Shown piece by piece: positions 14,020 to 25,673 of a stretch of 64,000 nt of DNA. Position 1 is the first letter of the stretch; every line of letters begins with the position of its first letter. The position numbers were made by a program, and so were the translations under genes. The stretch spans positions 47,864,001-47,928,000 of the forward strand of contig NC_092354.1 in assembly GCF_963676685.1 (NCBI RefSeq), given 5' to 3'. The notes under the pieces are model-generated. The model saw nothing but the letters and a program-made list of their open reading frames with translations, had not been told where the DNA came from and searched no databases. This DNA is from Mytilus edulis (taxonomy: Eukaryota).

Positions 14020-15180
14020 GTAAGTAGTTTTTTACGGTAGGTTTGAGTAGAACGTAATTAAGCAGTTTATATTGACTGATGCTGAAAAGTTCCTCGCGTT
14101 ATATTTAACGATCCTAGTTTCGTTTCTTTTCAAGTAAATATCAGTGTCATCCTTCTAAAAATTTCGTAGTTAAACTTAACTAGACAGTTATCATAAAAAA
14201 GGATTCGCTGAATCTCTATTCTTGAAAATATATAGGGACCACTTGCTCATGCACATGACATATGTAAACACAAATCATTTGCCGTAAGTTTGTATGCTAT
14301 TCCGGAAACATAATCTGTTTCCTGTTACTAGTTGCGCTTTCCTTGTACTATTCCCAACCTTTAAACAAACCAGTATGAACATACGATAAATCGGAGCGAC
14401 GAGAACTCGTTTTGTCCTTAAAGAAATGACAACGATGCCTTCAAGTGAGTGACTACGTCAGTCATATTAAGAGACGATAACTGTGTATGATAAATATAAT
14501 ATTAGTTACATAGTGTATTAGTGATGATTAAATTCCATATATTGGATGAGAGTTTACTTTCACCCCATATGGCATTTACTAACCCCGTATATATCATATG
14601 AGGTCACTAGCACACGAACTTAACTTACCGGCTATCTTTATTTGTTTAATTTAGAACAGAGATGTCTCATTTGCAATCATACCACTTCCACTAGTCTGCA
14701 CAAAAAATCAATAACAATTTAAACAGATTAACTTTTAATACATTTAAATAACCAAATAGTGCCAAAGTCGTAAATCTACTACTAACCGTGTATTGAAATA
14801 AGCCCAACCTCCCTACTAACTTAATATGGAATATACACGGTCTCCGCGTGGATTCTTTTAACCAGTCATATTCCTGGAAATGTAGAGGAGGTAAAATGAT
14901 ATCAGTCAATCTATAGATATAACGACCGAGGGGCCTCCTACATACAATAGCTGATAAATACCGCAGACAACATGACCCGTTTAGAGAGAACAATGATCGC
15001 CAATAGTGACTACATGTCCGTAAGGCAATAATCAAAAGATCTGAAAATAAACTAATCTGAACTAATTAAAACTTGGATATCATCAATCTTATTAACGATA
15101 AAACCATAAACCCGCTGCAAATCAATGACAAACACTAACTTAATTCGTATTTACTTTGGAGAGGTCCAATATTGTCATAA

Positions 15181-16255
15181 AATGGTATGGTCAGTTATTA
15201 GTTATGGTGCAGGTATTTGGGGAACCAAAGACTTTTCCTGCATAAATGCAGTCCAAAAACAGGGCCATGAGATTTTTCATGGGTGTTGGCAAATACACAC
15301 CAAATGATGCCATAGCTGGTGATATGGGCTGGAAACCTCCATGCGTTAAACAATGATCACGTGTCTTGAGACATTGGGCTAGGTGTTCCATAATGGACCC
15401 ACACAGGATAAATTTTAAGATTTTTAAGTGGTCTATACGAAAGTGTAATACTAGAATTAAAAACTGGAGTTTCAGAGTTATAGAAATGTTAAAAATTGTA
15501 AAATTATGAGCAATATTGTAATTTTGAATTAAATGTATTGAACAAAAATTGTATTAAACAAATTGAGGAAGATGTATTTGATAATTTTAAATCAAACATG
15601 TGTACAAGAGTTGCTGCATATGCAGAGGAAAGTAAATTGAGGACTTACCAATAGTTTTAAAATAACTATTGTACTGAAAACTATGTGCAACATATTATGC
15701 CATTAAAAACAGAAGTTCATTCGCTTAATTTAGATGTGGGGTAGCTCCACTTAAAATAGAGACTGGAAGATATGAAAGGAAAGAAGTCCATGAGAGAACA
15801 TGTTTTAACTGTAGCTCTATTGTTGAAGATGAAATGCACATCATTTTTAAATGCCCATTGTATGTGGATCTAAGACAAGTCATGATACATGAAGCTTTTC
15901 ATTTTAATAAACGTTTTAACCTATTATCAGATAATAAAAAAAAAAATAAATTATTGAGTAACGACAATGTTGCTGCTATAGTTTTAATTATATTAAGAAT
16001 AATATTTAATTAAGAGGAAATAGTATTTTATATCACTAGTTCTTAAAGAAACAAATGTTTTACAATCATTTAGTAAATATATATTGTGAATTTTAATTAT
16101 AAATGTTTATATGTTTATAATATATCTTAAACGTCTCATAAATCTTTTTAAGATTGGTGTATGCAATGCAAATGTTTTAATGTTTTAAACCTATGCATGT
16201 GAATCTCATTTTATGTTTGTATGCGGTAAGACTATAATAACATATTGAATCTGAC
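15181..16255 (+). mobile_element. 5'-truncated, degenerate non-LTR retrotransposon (LINE) ORF2 C-terminus and 3'UTR in intron 2
   Basis: Across shifts and stops: ISYGAGIWG...FFMGVGKYTPNDAIAGDMGW...SKLRTY...FRCGVAPLKIETGRY...RTCFNC...EDEMHIIFKCPLY, a CCHC zinc knuckle typical of LINE ORF2 ends. Clade not determined. Confidence 0.85.
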
Positions 16256-16657
16256 TCATAAAGACTGGAACAGGATTAAAATTGATTGCGAGTGCACAGT
16301 TCTTCGCTAACCTTGATTAGCATAAAATTTCAAAGAAAAAATTGTAAAAAATCAACTTGAAAGCAATTGACTCATCACATCAAAACACACACTAAAAAAA
16401 ACTTACAAAAAGACAAAAGACACATACAAAGTACCGATACAAGGTACTTTTTTTTTAAAATCCAGTCCTATGCTTGTTACACTCAAATCGTACATTTGTT
16501 TAGTCGATTAGTAGTGTTTGTTAGCTGTACTTTTTTTTTGCAATATTGTTTTTTTTTGCAATTTTTTTTTTTTTTAAATTTTAGTTTTCTTTTAAAATTT
16601 AAAAATTTTTAGTTCTGTAAAATATATATCTTCTTAAATTATTGATATTACATTCAG

Positions 16658-16836
16658 CTCTGATAGGTCCTGGTTATAGTAGCGAAGTCCAGAAAACGTC
16701 GTACTTTTTAAGTTCCGAAAGAGCAGACGATAGATTATTACAAATTGGATTCTCCTCGACTGCTGCGTCACTAAGCAACACCAACATTTACAGCAATTTC
16801 TTCAGAGTTGTTGCAAGTGATGCCGTACAAATTGAG
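16658..16836 (+). CDS. Coding exon 3: VFT1 lobe 1 ligand-binding loops
   Basis: ttcag acceptor; ALIGPGYSSEV...QIGFSSTAASLSNTNIYSNFFRVVASDAVQIE; donor GAG|gtaaat. Confidence 0.92.
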
Positions 16837-17866
16837 GTAAATCTTTAATTCAGGGTATATAGTAATGTAAAATTACGGAACATCTATACTACTGAAGGAA
16901 TAGGAAGGTTTCCGTGAGCCGCATCTACTTTGAAACCCAAATAAAGTAGGAAATATATGGAATATATGACGTATAAATGTAGTGTTTGTACTTCCTAAAT
17001 TTGAATTTAAAATAGTCTTTTCCCCACGGAAAAGGCCAATTTTTGAAAAAAAAAATAACCCTATAATCCTTGTCTTATACGCTTTCGTACGCGTGCATGC
17101 TCAGTCCACGTACTGCCCTCCAAATTTAAAGACTCGTTGTTTCAACACTTGTCCAATTGTACCGCGATTATGCGGACATCTTCTAGTTTATCTTATTTGT
17201 CCAAAGGACTATAATCTTGTTATTGACTTTTCGTTCCGGAGTTTATTATTTTTCAACAGGTTGCCTACATTGTGATAAAACATGCTGGTACTCGGTTAAG
17301 TAAGAGCAATCGAATGAAAAATTAGCAAGCGGTTTTCAACAAAAGGTTAAGGTCAATGATCAGAAAGTTCTAATGATTAGAAATAGAACTGGACAAAACT
17401 GTACACTTTCCGTAAACATACGACAATATATTTTGCGAAAATGTTTGTAATAACTATGAGTTATAAAACTAACAAACTAGCTATACATATGAATTTGTTC
17501 AATAACTTTCCTGGTTATTCAGCGATCGATTCACAGGAATACTTAGCCGTAATTTGTCATTACAGCAAAGAAAAGTACAATAAAGATATTATTTTAGAAA
17601 GAGAAAAGAAAATAAGAATTATCAAGCTTACAATCGGTGTTAAAATAAAGAATTGGATAAACATAGATTGATTACAGAAATGAACGATAAGTTTACAGTT
17701 TACAATTAAATAGAACATACCTCCAGCCAGAGAAATACACAGATTGTACTTGTCTAGATAGAGAAATAAACAGCGAGTTGATGGTAGTGGTAAAGATAGG
17801 GAAATATACAGCGATTCGAAGGTACTTGTCTACTTGTCATAAACAGCGATTTAATTATACTATATA

Positions 17867-18036
17867 CAGTGAAACCTGATTAAACCGAACCCTGAATAAA
17901 CCGGAAACCTGTCTAATCCAAACTTGTTCTGAAGACCAATCATATCACATTTTGTGAACCTGATGAAACCGAATACCTGCCAAAACCGAACAAAATATTA
18001 AGTCCCGAAAGGGTTCGGTTTAGTTAGGTTTCACTG
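17867..18036. mobile_element. Tc1/mariner-pogo-like MITE
   Basis: TIR cagtgaaacct..ttaaaccgaaccct / agggttcggttta...aggtttcactg, flanked by TA on both sides. Confidence 0.85.
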
Positions 18037-18065
18037 TATTTTGTTTATATTTCATGTTTTATTAG

Positions 18066-18995
18066 GTTATGATTTCTTTGATGACAGAGCTAAAGTGGAA
18101 CTATATTGCTATTATATACGATGATGATATTTACAGAGAAGAAGGCAAAGAGGCATTGATGACACGAGTGGCTAAAAGCTCGATATGTGTTGCCACTTCG
18201 TTTGTTCTTCCTATTGGTGCGGTCAGCTTAATACAGGTCAGAGACATTCTTCAGAAGATTATTACAAACGGAGAGAGTCCAATAAGTGGAGTTGTTGTGT
18301 TAACCAGCGGTGCACATGCAAATGCCATAGTTACAGCTGCATCCGCTTTAAAAGATACATTATCGGACCCTATTTCTTTTATATTTTCCGAAGCCATAGG
18401 ACTTTCCGATAGTTACTTTTCTAGTAATACAGGTACTGTATTTAAAGCATCAAAAGGTGCATACGTTGTTTCTCCACCGCAGATTCGTATACATGAATTT
18501 GAAGATTACTGGTTTAATACCTTTCGGAATGCTTCGAGAGTTGTCGAAGAAACTAAAACTAATACTTGGTTAGAGAAAGTCTATAAAGAATATTCGAGTT
18601 GTTCATCTTCAATATCAATGTGTTCAGAACTTAATTCGGAACAAATAGAAAAAGCTTCCCAAATGTCCTCCTGGACAAGCTATGCAATCAAAGCCGCTTA
18701 TGTCACAGCAAAGGTTTTAAAACAAGTTCACGATCGCTTGTGTTCAGGACAACAAGGAATGTGCAGTAACATGAAAAGCCAATTATACAACAATAAGGGA
18801 TCTCTTATAGAAGAAATGAATAGTTTGTCAATTAATTTTAACACAGATTTTACTAATGTTCCAGCAGCATTAACTAATATTTCTCTTTATTTTAATGATA
18901 CAAGTGATGCTTAGTTTACTGCAGGATTTCCTGATTACCAAGTTTATCAGTATAGAACATGTATGTCGGACCCGTCTACATTCTGTTTAGAGAAG
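18066..18995 (+). CDS. Coding exon 4: VFT1 lobe 2, with premature TAG at 18912-18914
   Basis: ttattag|VMISLMTELKWNYIAIIYDDDIY...SICVA...FIFSEAIG...FEDYW. The frame continues past the TAG as FTAGFPDYQVYQYRTCMSDPSTFCLEK to AAG|gtaaga; 930 nt. Confidence 0.9.
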
Positions 18996-19000
18996 GTAAG

Positions 19001-19203
19001 AAATAAACTCATCATAGATACCAAAATTATGTATTTGCGCCAGACGCGCGTTTCGTATACGAAAGGCTCACCAATGACGCTCGCATGACAAACATAATAC
19101 TAAAAAGACCAAATAAAGTACGAAGTTGAAGAGCATTGAGGACCATATATTCCTAAAATATTTGCCAAATACAGCTAAGGTATTATATTCCTGAGGTAGA
19201 AAA
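19001..19203 (+). mobile_element. Interspersed repeat (aaataaactcatcatagatacc family) starting 5 nt after exon 4
   Basis: Close match to 60183-60378; partial copies near 940-1012(-), 8700-8860, 31820-32060 and 55617-55698(-). Confidence 0.8.
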
Positions 19204-19426
19204 GATGGAAGCGACATCGAATGATAATACATGCAGAGTTTTGAAAAAGGTTTACTATGATAATAGGACAAGTCGTGACGAGGATGAGTTTCTATACAAA
19301 CAAATGTCTAACTTGTCTATGCCTAGCACGTTTCTATCAGACTTCACTCTAGTTTGACGCATTTTGTATATTTTCAGTTGTGCTGGTTATTTTATAACTA
19401 GTGCATAGTCCGATGATATCGATTAG

Positions 19427-21006
19427 GATTGCCTGGTATTCATTTTGACATCGTACGCAATGACATGTTTAAGAATGGCCTTATACTCCTTTTGACATAG
19501 TACGGTGACATGTTTTGTGATTGCCTTATACTCCTTTTGAGATAGTACGGTGACATGCTTTATGACTGCCTGATATTCCGTCTGACATCGTACGCGGTGA
19601 CATGTTTAAGAATGGCCTTATACTCCTTTTGACATAGTACGATGACATGCTTTATGACTGCCTGATATTCCGTCTTACATCGTACGCGGTGACATGTTTA
19701 AGAATGGCCTTATACTCCTTTTGACATAGTACGGTGACATGCTTTATGACTGCCTGATATTCCGTCTGACATCGTACGCGGTGACATGTTTAAGAATGGC
19801 CTTATACTCCTTTTGACATAGTACGGTGACATGCTTTATGACTGCCGGATATTCCGTCTGACATCGAACGCGGTGACATGTTTTAGAATGGCCTTATACT
19901 CCTTTTGACATAGTACGGTGACATGCTTTATGACTGCCGGATATTCCGTCTGAAATCGTACACGGTGACATGTTTTAGAATTGCCTAATATTCCTTTTGA
20001 CATAGTACGGTGACATGCTTTATGACTGCCGGATATTCCGTCTGACATCGTACGCGGTGACATGTTTTAGAATTGCCTAATATTCCTTTTGACATAGTAC
20101 GGTGACATGCTTTATGACTGCCGGATATTCCGTCTGACATCGTACGCGGTGACATGTTTTAAAAATGCCTAATATTCCTTTTGACATAGTACGGTGACAT
20201 GTGTTTGATTGGCTGATATTTCTTTTGACAAAGTACAGTGACATGTTTCATGATTGCCTGATATTCCTTTAGACATATAACAGGGACATGTTTTATAATT
20301 GCCTGATAATCCTGTTGACATAGTACGGTGACATGTTTTATGATTGCCTGATAATTCTTTTCACATTGTACGGTGACATGTTTTATGATTGCCTGATATT
20401 CCTTTTGACATAGTACGGTGATATATTTTATAATTACTTGATAATACTTTTTAACAAAGTACGGTGACATGTTTTAGGATTGCCTAATATTCATTTTGAC
20501 ATAGTACGGTGGCATGTTTTCGGATTTATTATATTTCTTTTGACATAGTACGGTGACATTGTGACATTCTTTATGATTACCTGATAGTTCTTTTTGACAT
20601 AGTACGGTGAAATGTTTTATGATTGCCTAATATTCCCTTTGACATATTACGGTGACATGGCTTATGATTGCCTGATAATTCCTTTTGATATAGTACGGTG
20701 AAATGTTTTACATGTATGATTGCCTTATATTATTTTTGACATAGCACGCTGATATGGTTTATGGTGGCCTGATAATTTTTTTGACATAGTACGGTGACAT
20801 GTTTTATGATTGCCTGATAATCCTGTTGACATAGTACGGTGACATGTTTTATGATTGCCTGATAATTCTTTTGACATAGTACGGTGACATGTTTTTTGAT
20901 TGCCTGATAATTCTTTTGACATAGTACGGTGACATGTTTTTTGATTGCCTGATATTCCTTTTTACAAAGTACGGTGACATGTTTTTTGATTGCCTGATAT
21001 TTTTTT
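19427..21006. repeat. 45-bp minisatellite (~35 units) in intron 4, with a 92-bp dimeric higher-order repeat in its 5' half
   Basis: Unit gacatagtacggtgacatgttttatgattgcctgatattcctttt; the 47-bp variant cgtacgcgg recurs every 92 bp (e.g. 19681, 19773). Confidence 0.95.
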
Positions 21007-21679
21007 CGATATCAGTTATGTTTTGTTGATATTCGTTTTCAGTTTTAAGCTCTATGTACAATATGAAAATGGATATGTTAAATTTGAAACAATATGTATT
21101 TTATTTCTCATTCTTACAAATTAGTAATGTAATTACGCTCAATAAAGATGTATCCATGTTTCTGGGCAGATAGCTAACCAGATGACGAAGCAATATGAAT
21201 GGCGACCCTTTTTAAAATTAAAGCGCGTCTGATTGTACTGCATATCAATGCCAAAGAACTCTAGGGTCGAGATGGGAATAACACGTTCTATAATCTAGAT
21301 TGGGTAAACACGTATTTCATGAATGAAAGACAAAAAATTACACAAAATGTTGTCGAAAAAAAATGAGAGAAATAATAGAGCGCTAAAATATAGATAAAAT
21401 ACAATAATTGGCATGATATATAGACTATACTTGGCAAACAAAATAGATGATAGAATCCAACAATGAACCCACCAAATACAGACCATCAATTATAGGGTTC
21501 AACAAAACATTTAACTGGTCTATTTCACTCTTTTGAAATAAAAAAGGTATTGGAAAAATAGAATACAAATCAATGTGTTACCACACGTATTTACTACAAA
21601 TTTATTAGTATCCGGATAGTTTTCCTTCTGGAGTATATTTTATCGTGTATATTCAATGGTATGTTTTAACTCTCTATAG

Positions 21680-23167
21680 ATCGGGACTTTTAACAACACT
21701 GAACTTATGATGGATAAATCAAAGATTAGAGAGTATGATAACACCGGAAATGACCTGCTATGGCCAAATATTAACTATGCGCAGTGTAAAGAGTCCAGAC
21801 GTTGTAGCTCGTGCATCTTACAGGAAGTCTATGATAAAGTCTACTTCCGGAATGGCGATCTTATTGTTGTCGGTATAGTTCCAGTTTATGATGGTGGCAC
21901 TGACGACCCATTAGCATGTGGTGTGATAAGGACGTCGTTAGGGAATTAACTAGTTGAGGCCATGGAATACGCTGTTACCCTGATAAACAATAAAACAGCA
22001 CCGTACGGACAACTGTTTCCGGGTAAATCTATTGGACTTTTAATTCTAAATAGTTGTGATCAGCCTTTACTCGCTCAATATAAATTGCTGTCAATTTTGA
22101 ACAACGGACTTTTATTGGATAATAATACAAGTGTCAATGTAAAAGGCAAACTGATTGGAATAGCTGGTCCTTATTCAAGCAGTATAAGTGTCGCGGTTTC
22201 AGATGTGTTATCAAAGTTTGGGTACGTACAAGTAGCGTATGCGTCGACTGCTGTCGATTTAAGTGACCGAAATAAATACCCTTACTTCACCCGAGTCTCC
22301 ACACCAGATAATAGACAAACTCAGGCTATGATGCGTATCATCAAACATTCAAAATACTACTCTGAATATATTCAATTCGTCTACAGTAAAGGCACATATG
22401 GTGAAGCCGGTCGTGACGCGCTAAGACAGGAAGCAATAAAAGCGGAAGTATGTATTGCACAGGAAATAGAAGTTGATGACGGAGAAAATTTCAATCTTAT
22501 TAAAGAGAAACTGCGGAAATATCCATTTGCAAAAATTGTCATTTTGTTTCTTCGTTCCCATCAAGTTGAACCAATAACATCAGCACTTAACGATATTGAA
22601 TATGGCGAATTCTTGTTTATAGGATCCGAAGCATGGGGGTTTAGGCCGAATGAGTTCTCAAATAAACCAAAACTGGTAGGTAGTATCATTTTGGCATTGC
22701 AATTACCTACCAATAACAACTTTACCAACTATTTAAGAAATAAAGACGTTTTAACTGACAAAAGTAATCCCTGGTTACTAGAATATATCGCTGCTAAATA
22801 CAACTGTCATGTAGATACTAGTTTCGACAAGACATTTACTTCATCTTGTGGGTCAAATTTAAAATTAGCAAGTTCTTCAACGTACGAACAGGAGATATGG
22901 ATATGTGCTTAACGCAATGCTGGCACTACTTTCCGGAACTAGCGAAGCGTTTCAAGAGTTATGCGGGTCCGCTTCTGCAACCTTGTGTGACCAATACTTA
23001 CTTAACCCAAAAATGTTAGGAACAAAGTTATCAAACAGAAGCTTGATGTCGACGGAAGTGGAAATCTTGTCAGTTTGTTTGACGAAAACGGTGATGGAAA
23101 CGTAGGTTACACAATCTACAACTTACAACGCAATAAGAATGACGCAAATAAAATAGAATACCAAAAA
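21680..23167 (+). CDS. Coding exon 5: end of module 1, Cys linker and nearly all of VFT2; one stop and two frameshifts
   Basis: ctatag|IGTFNN...CKESRRCSSC...GDLIVVGIVPVY...GN*LVEAMEYAV...GPYSSSIS...QVAYASTAVDLSDRNKYPYFTRVSTPD...FIGSEAWG...NPWL. After a shift: YVLNAMLALL...LCDQY. After a second shift: FDENGDGNVGYTIYNLQ...EYQK|gtaagt. Confidence 0.9.
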
Positions 23168-23816
23168 GTAAGTTAATTATGTTAACTGAAGCACACAAAG
23201 TAGTTTATCAAAAGGTTATTTATAAATCATGTCTATGGCGCAAATAAAGTAGACTATCGAAAGATGAGTTTATCATGTTAAAAGCAGTAGTGTATGCTGC
23301 ATAGTCTTGACTGCGGAGTATTAACATCGCAGTTTAAGGATGTTCGGTTTTCTTGTTTTCTTAACTGATTATAAGATTGTCCGGCTCCTCTGGTTTTATC
23401 CATTTGGTGCCATTTAAATTTTGAACCCTAACCCTTACTTTTCATTTTATCGGTTAATAAAATATAGTTTGAAAAGTGATTTTTTAAATCTTTCAAAATT
23501 TTGTATGATAGATAGATCAGAATGTCCTCTTTTGTTCTGTTATTTCAAGATCTAATATTGTTGAAATTAATGGGAGCTTACACCGTAATTTGGTAATTTG
23601 ATGATAAACCAAAAGTTATTTAAAGATTTCCCGAATTACCAGTCACGCAAATTCAAGAGACTACCATTTCTTACTTGAGTGTAACTTTGAAATGGTTAGG
23701 TCTGCTGGTTTTTCGGCCATGTTTTGGTGAACTCCAAATTGCATGATTCTTACAAAGTGTGGTACTTCTCACTATGATAGGTTTTACCATGTATACATAT
23801 ATAAAATCTTTTACAG

Positions 23817-23977
23817 GTAGGGACTTATCCTTTAGATGGTTCAACTTTTGACCTGGATGTGAACAGAATAGTAGAACCAGATGGAATAAATCTGCCTTCT
23901 GTCTGTCCAAACGACAGGGCGTGTAGTATGTGTAAAACAACTGGAATTGATTCGACGCCATCCCCTGCTCTTGCCAG
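23817..23977 (+). CDS. Coding exon 6: end of module 2, Cx5Cx2C motif and stalk
   Basis: ttttacag|VGTYPLDGSTFDLDVNRIVEPDGINLPSVCPNDRACSMCKTTGIDSTPSPALA; donor CAG|gtaaat, phase 2. Confidence 0.85.
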
Positions 23978-24086
23978 GTAAATATGCAATAGATATGCAG
24001 CCTGTCTGTCTAAACGACAAGGCGTGTAGTATATGTTAAACATTTGAATTTTTTTCGACGTCATCCCCTGCTCTTACCAGGTAAGT
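23899..24086 (+). repeat. 103-bp-period tandem duplication of the 3' end of exon 6 including its splice donor
   Basis: ctgtctgtc...tcccctgctcttgccag|gtaaat (donor 23978) is repeated as ctgtctgtc...tcccctgctcttaccag|gtaagt (donor 24081). Confidence 0.9.
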
Positions 24087-24163
24087 ACGATCAGCACGTT
24101 TCTTACCGCAGGTTTTGGTGAGGTTCGTGTTGCAAAGTTTTTATTTTGCTATGTTGTTGTTTG

Positions 24164-24627
24164 TTTTTATGCCCCATTTATGGGCATTATGTTTTCTGGT
24201 TTGTGCGTCCGTTCGTTCGTTCGTCCGGCCGTTCGTCTGTCCCGCTTCAGGTTAAAGTTTTTGGTCGAGGTAGTTTAAAAAAAAGTTTAAGTCCAATCAA
24301 CTTGAAACTTAGTAAACATGTTCCCTATGATATGATCTTTAGAATTTTATACCAAATTAAATTTTGATCCCTATTTCACGGTCCACTGAACATAGAAAAT
24401 GATATTGCAAAGTTCAGGTTAAAGTTTTGGTTAAAGTTTTTGGTCAATGTAGTTTTTGATGAAGTTGAAATCTAATCAACTTGAAACTTAGTAAACATGT
24501 TCCCTATGATTTGACCTTTTTAATTTTAATGCCAAATTAGAGATTTTATCCAATTTTCACGGTCCACTGAACATAGAAAATGATAGTGCGGATGGGGCAT
24601 CCGTTTACTGTGGACACATTCTTGTTT
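24164..24627 (+). mobile_element. Helentron-associated (HINE/DINE-1-like) non-autonomous element with two core repeats
   Basis: T-rich insertion site, short inverted repeat atgccc...gggcat, (gtcc/gttc)n microsatellite, duplicated core caggttaaagttttt...ccactgaacatagaaaatgata, end ggacacattcttgtt. Confidence 0.75.
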
Positions 24628-25277
24628 TTACTGTTGTTTATCTGGTGGTCTTTTTCTTTTTAAGCCATGGCTTTGTCAGTTTATTTGCAACTTGTTAGTT
24701 TGAATGTCACTACGGCATTTTTCTTTTCTTTATTTTTTGTCCATTATCCTTTTTTAAATTCATTATAATACCATTCAAACCAATTCATATCGTCATACTA
24801 TAAGTCACATGATAATGTACTATCGCCTTCTAGTATCAAACATGAAACCTTTTTACTTATAACATCAATATTATTATGTTTATGTTTGATTATCTAATAC
24901 CATTCTGTCTAAGGTTAGAGTTTCTTTTTGACATTTTCTTTATTTATATTTTATGTAAATTATGTCACAGATCAAACTTACTCGTTCAGTGTATGCTTAC
25001 TTGTTTTTGTTTTGATGTCATCCAATTGATATTTTAGGATACATCTATATATATACGCTATATTTATGCTCTGAATATGATTTTTAGTTTATAGTCACAT
25101 GGTTATTCCGGATAGCAGTGTTGTTCGTACCAATATCGCGATCAACAATTTGCTTTGAAAAAAAATAAAATTTGATAACAATTTAACATAACTATGCATT
25201 ATAATAAAGATAATTCTGACAAGCGTCACCGATTTGTTTGATATATCTAGAGATAGATAGTCATAAACAGACATATA

Positions 25278-25669
25278 AAGGGTGTGTGCTCCTCTATTTT
25301 TAAAATTTGTGCCAGATTTTTGAAATCCTCTGGTTTTATCCATGTATTGACATTAACAAATTTTGCCCACTTATCCCTACTTTTCTTTTTTTAATTTTAT
25401 TACATAAAGTGTAAACAGACTTATTTCAAAGTATTATAAAATCCTTGTTATTTTTTCATAGATTTTGAGACAAAAAGGTGCCAATGTTAAATATATGAAA
25501 AATCTAGAGAGAATTATTTCCCGCCAAATTTTAATGGCTTATATCTCGAAAACAAGCACAACGACCTTCCATTTTTTTCTGCTTTTTTAGTTTCTTTATT
25601 TATATACTATTTCTTCATAACAGCCATTTAAAAAGCTTGTTATTTTTAAAAAAAAAGTAGCGAACATCC
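25278..25669. mobile_element. Degenerate TTAA-type DNA transposon remnant; related fragment from 23337
   Basis: Right end agcgaacatcc|ttaa; shares tcctctggttttatccat with 23337-23450. Confidence 0.5.
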
Positions 25670-25673
25670 TTAA

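Noticed and set aside
19836-21061. Minus-strand repetitive ORFs (KHVTVLCQ..., KTCHRTMS...)
   Set aside because: By-products of the 45-bp minisatellite, broken by stops and shifts in all frames.
18912-21949. TAG/TAA read as Gln (variant code or programmed readthrough)
   Set aside because: The gene ends at an ordinary TAA (28675-28677) and also has frameshifts; point mutation explains the stops more simply.
22901-23013. Compensating frameshift pair rescuing the ORF
   Set aside because: The original frame between the shifts contains TAA (22910-22912) and a further TAG.
23334-25673. One TTAA transposon (ttaaggatgttcg...cgaacatccttaa) that captured exon 6
   Set aside because: 23337 and 25278 both begin same-orientation copies of one family, so the matching ends most likely belong to separate insertions.
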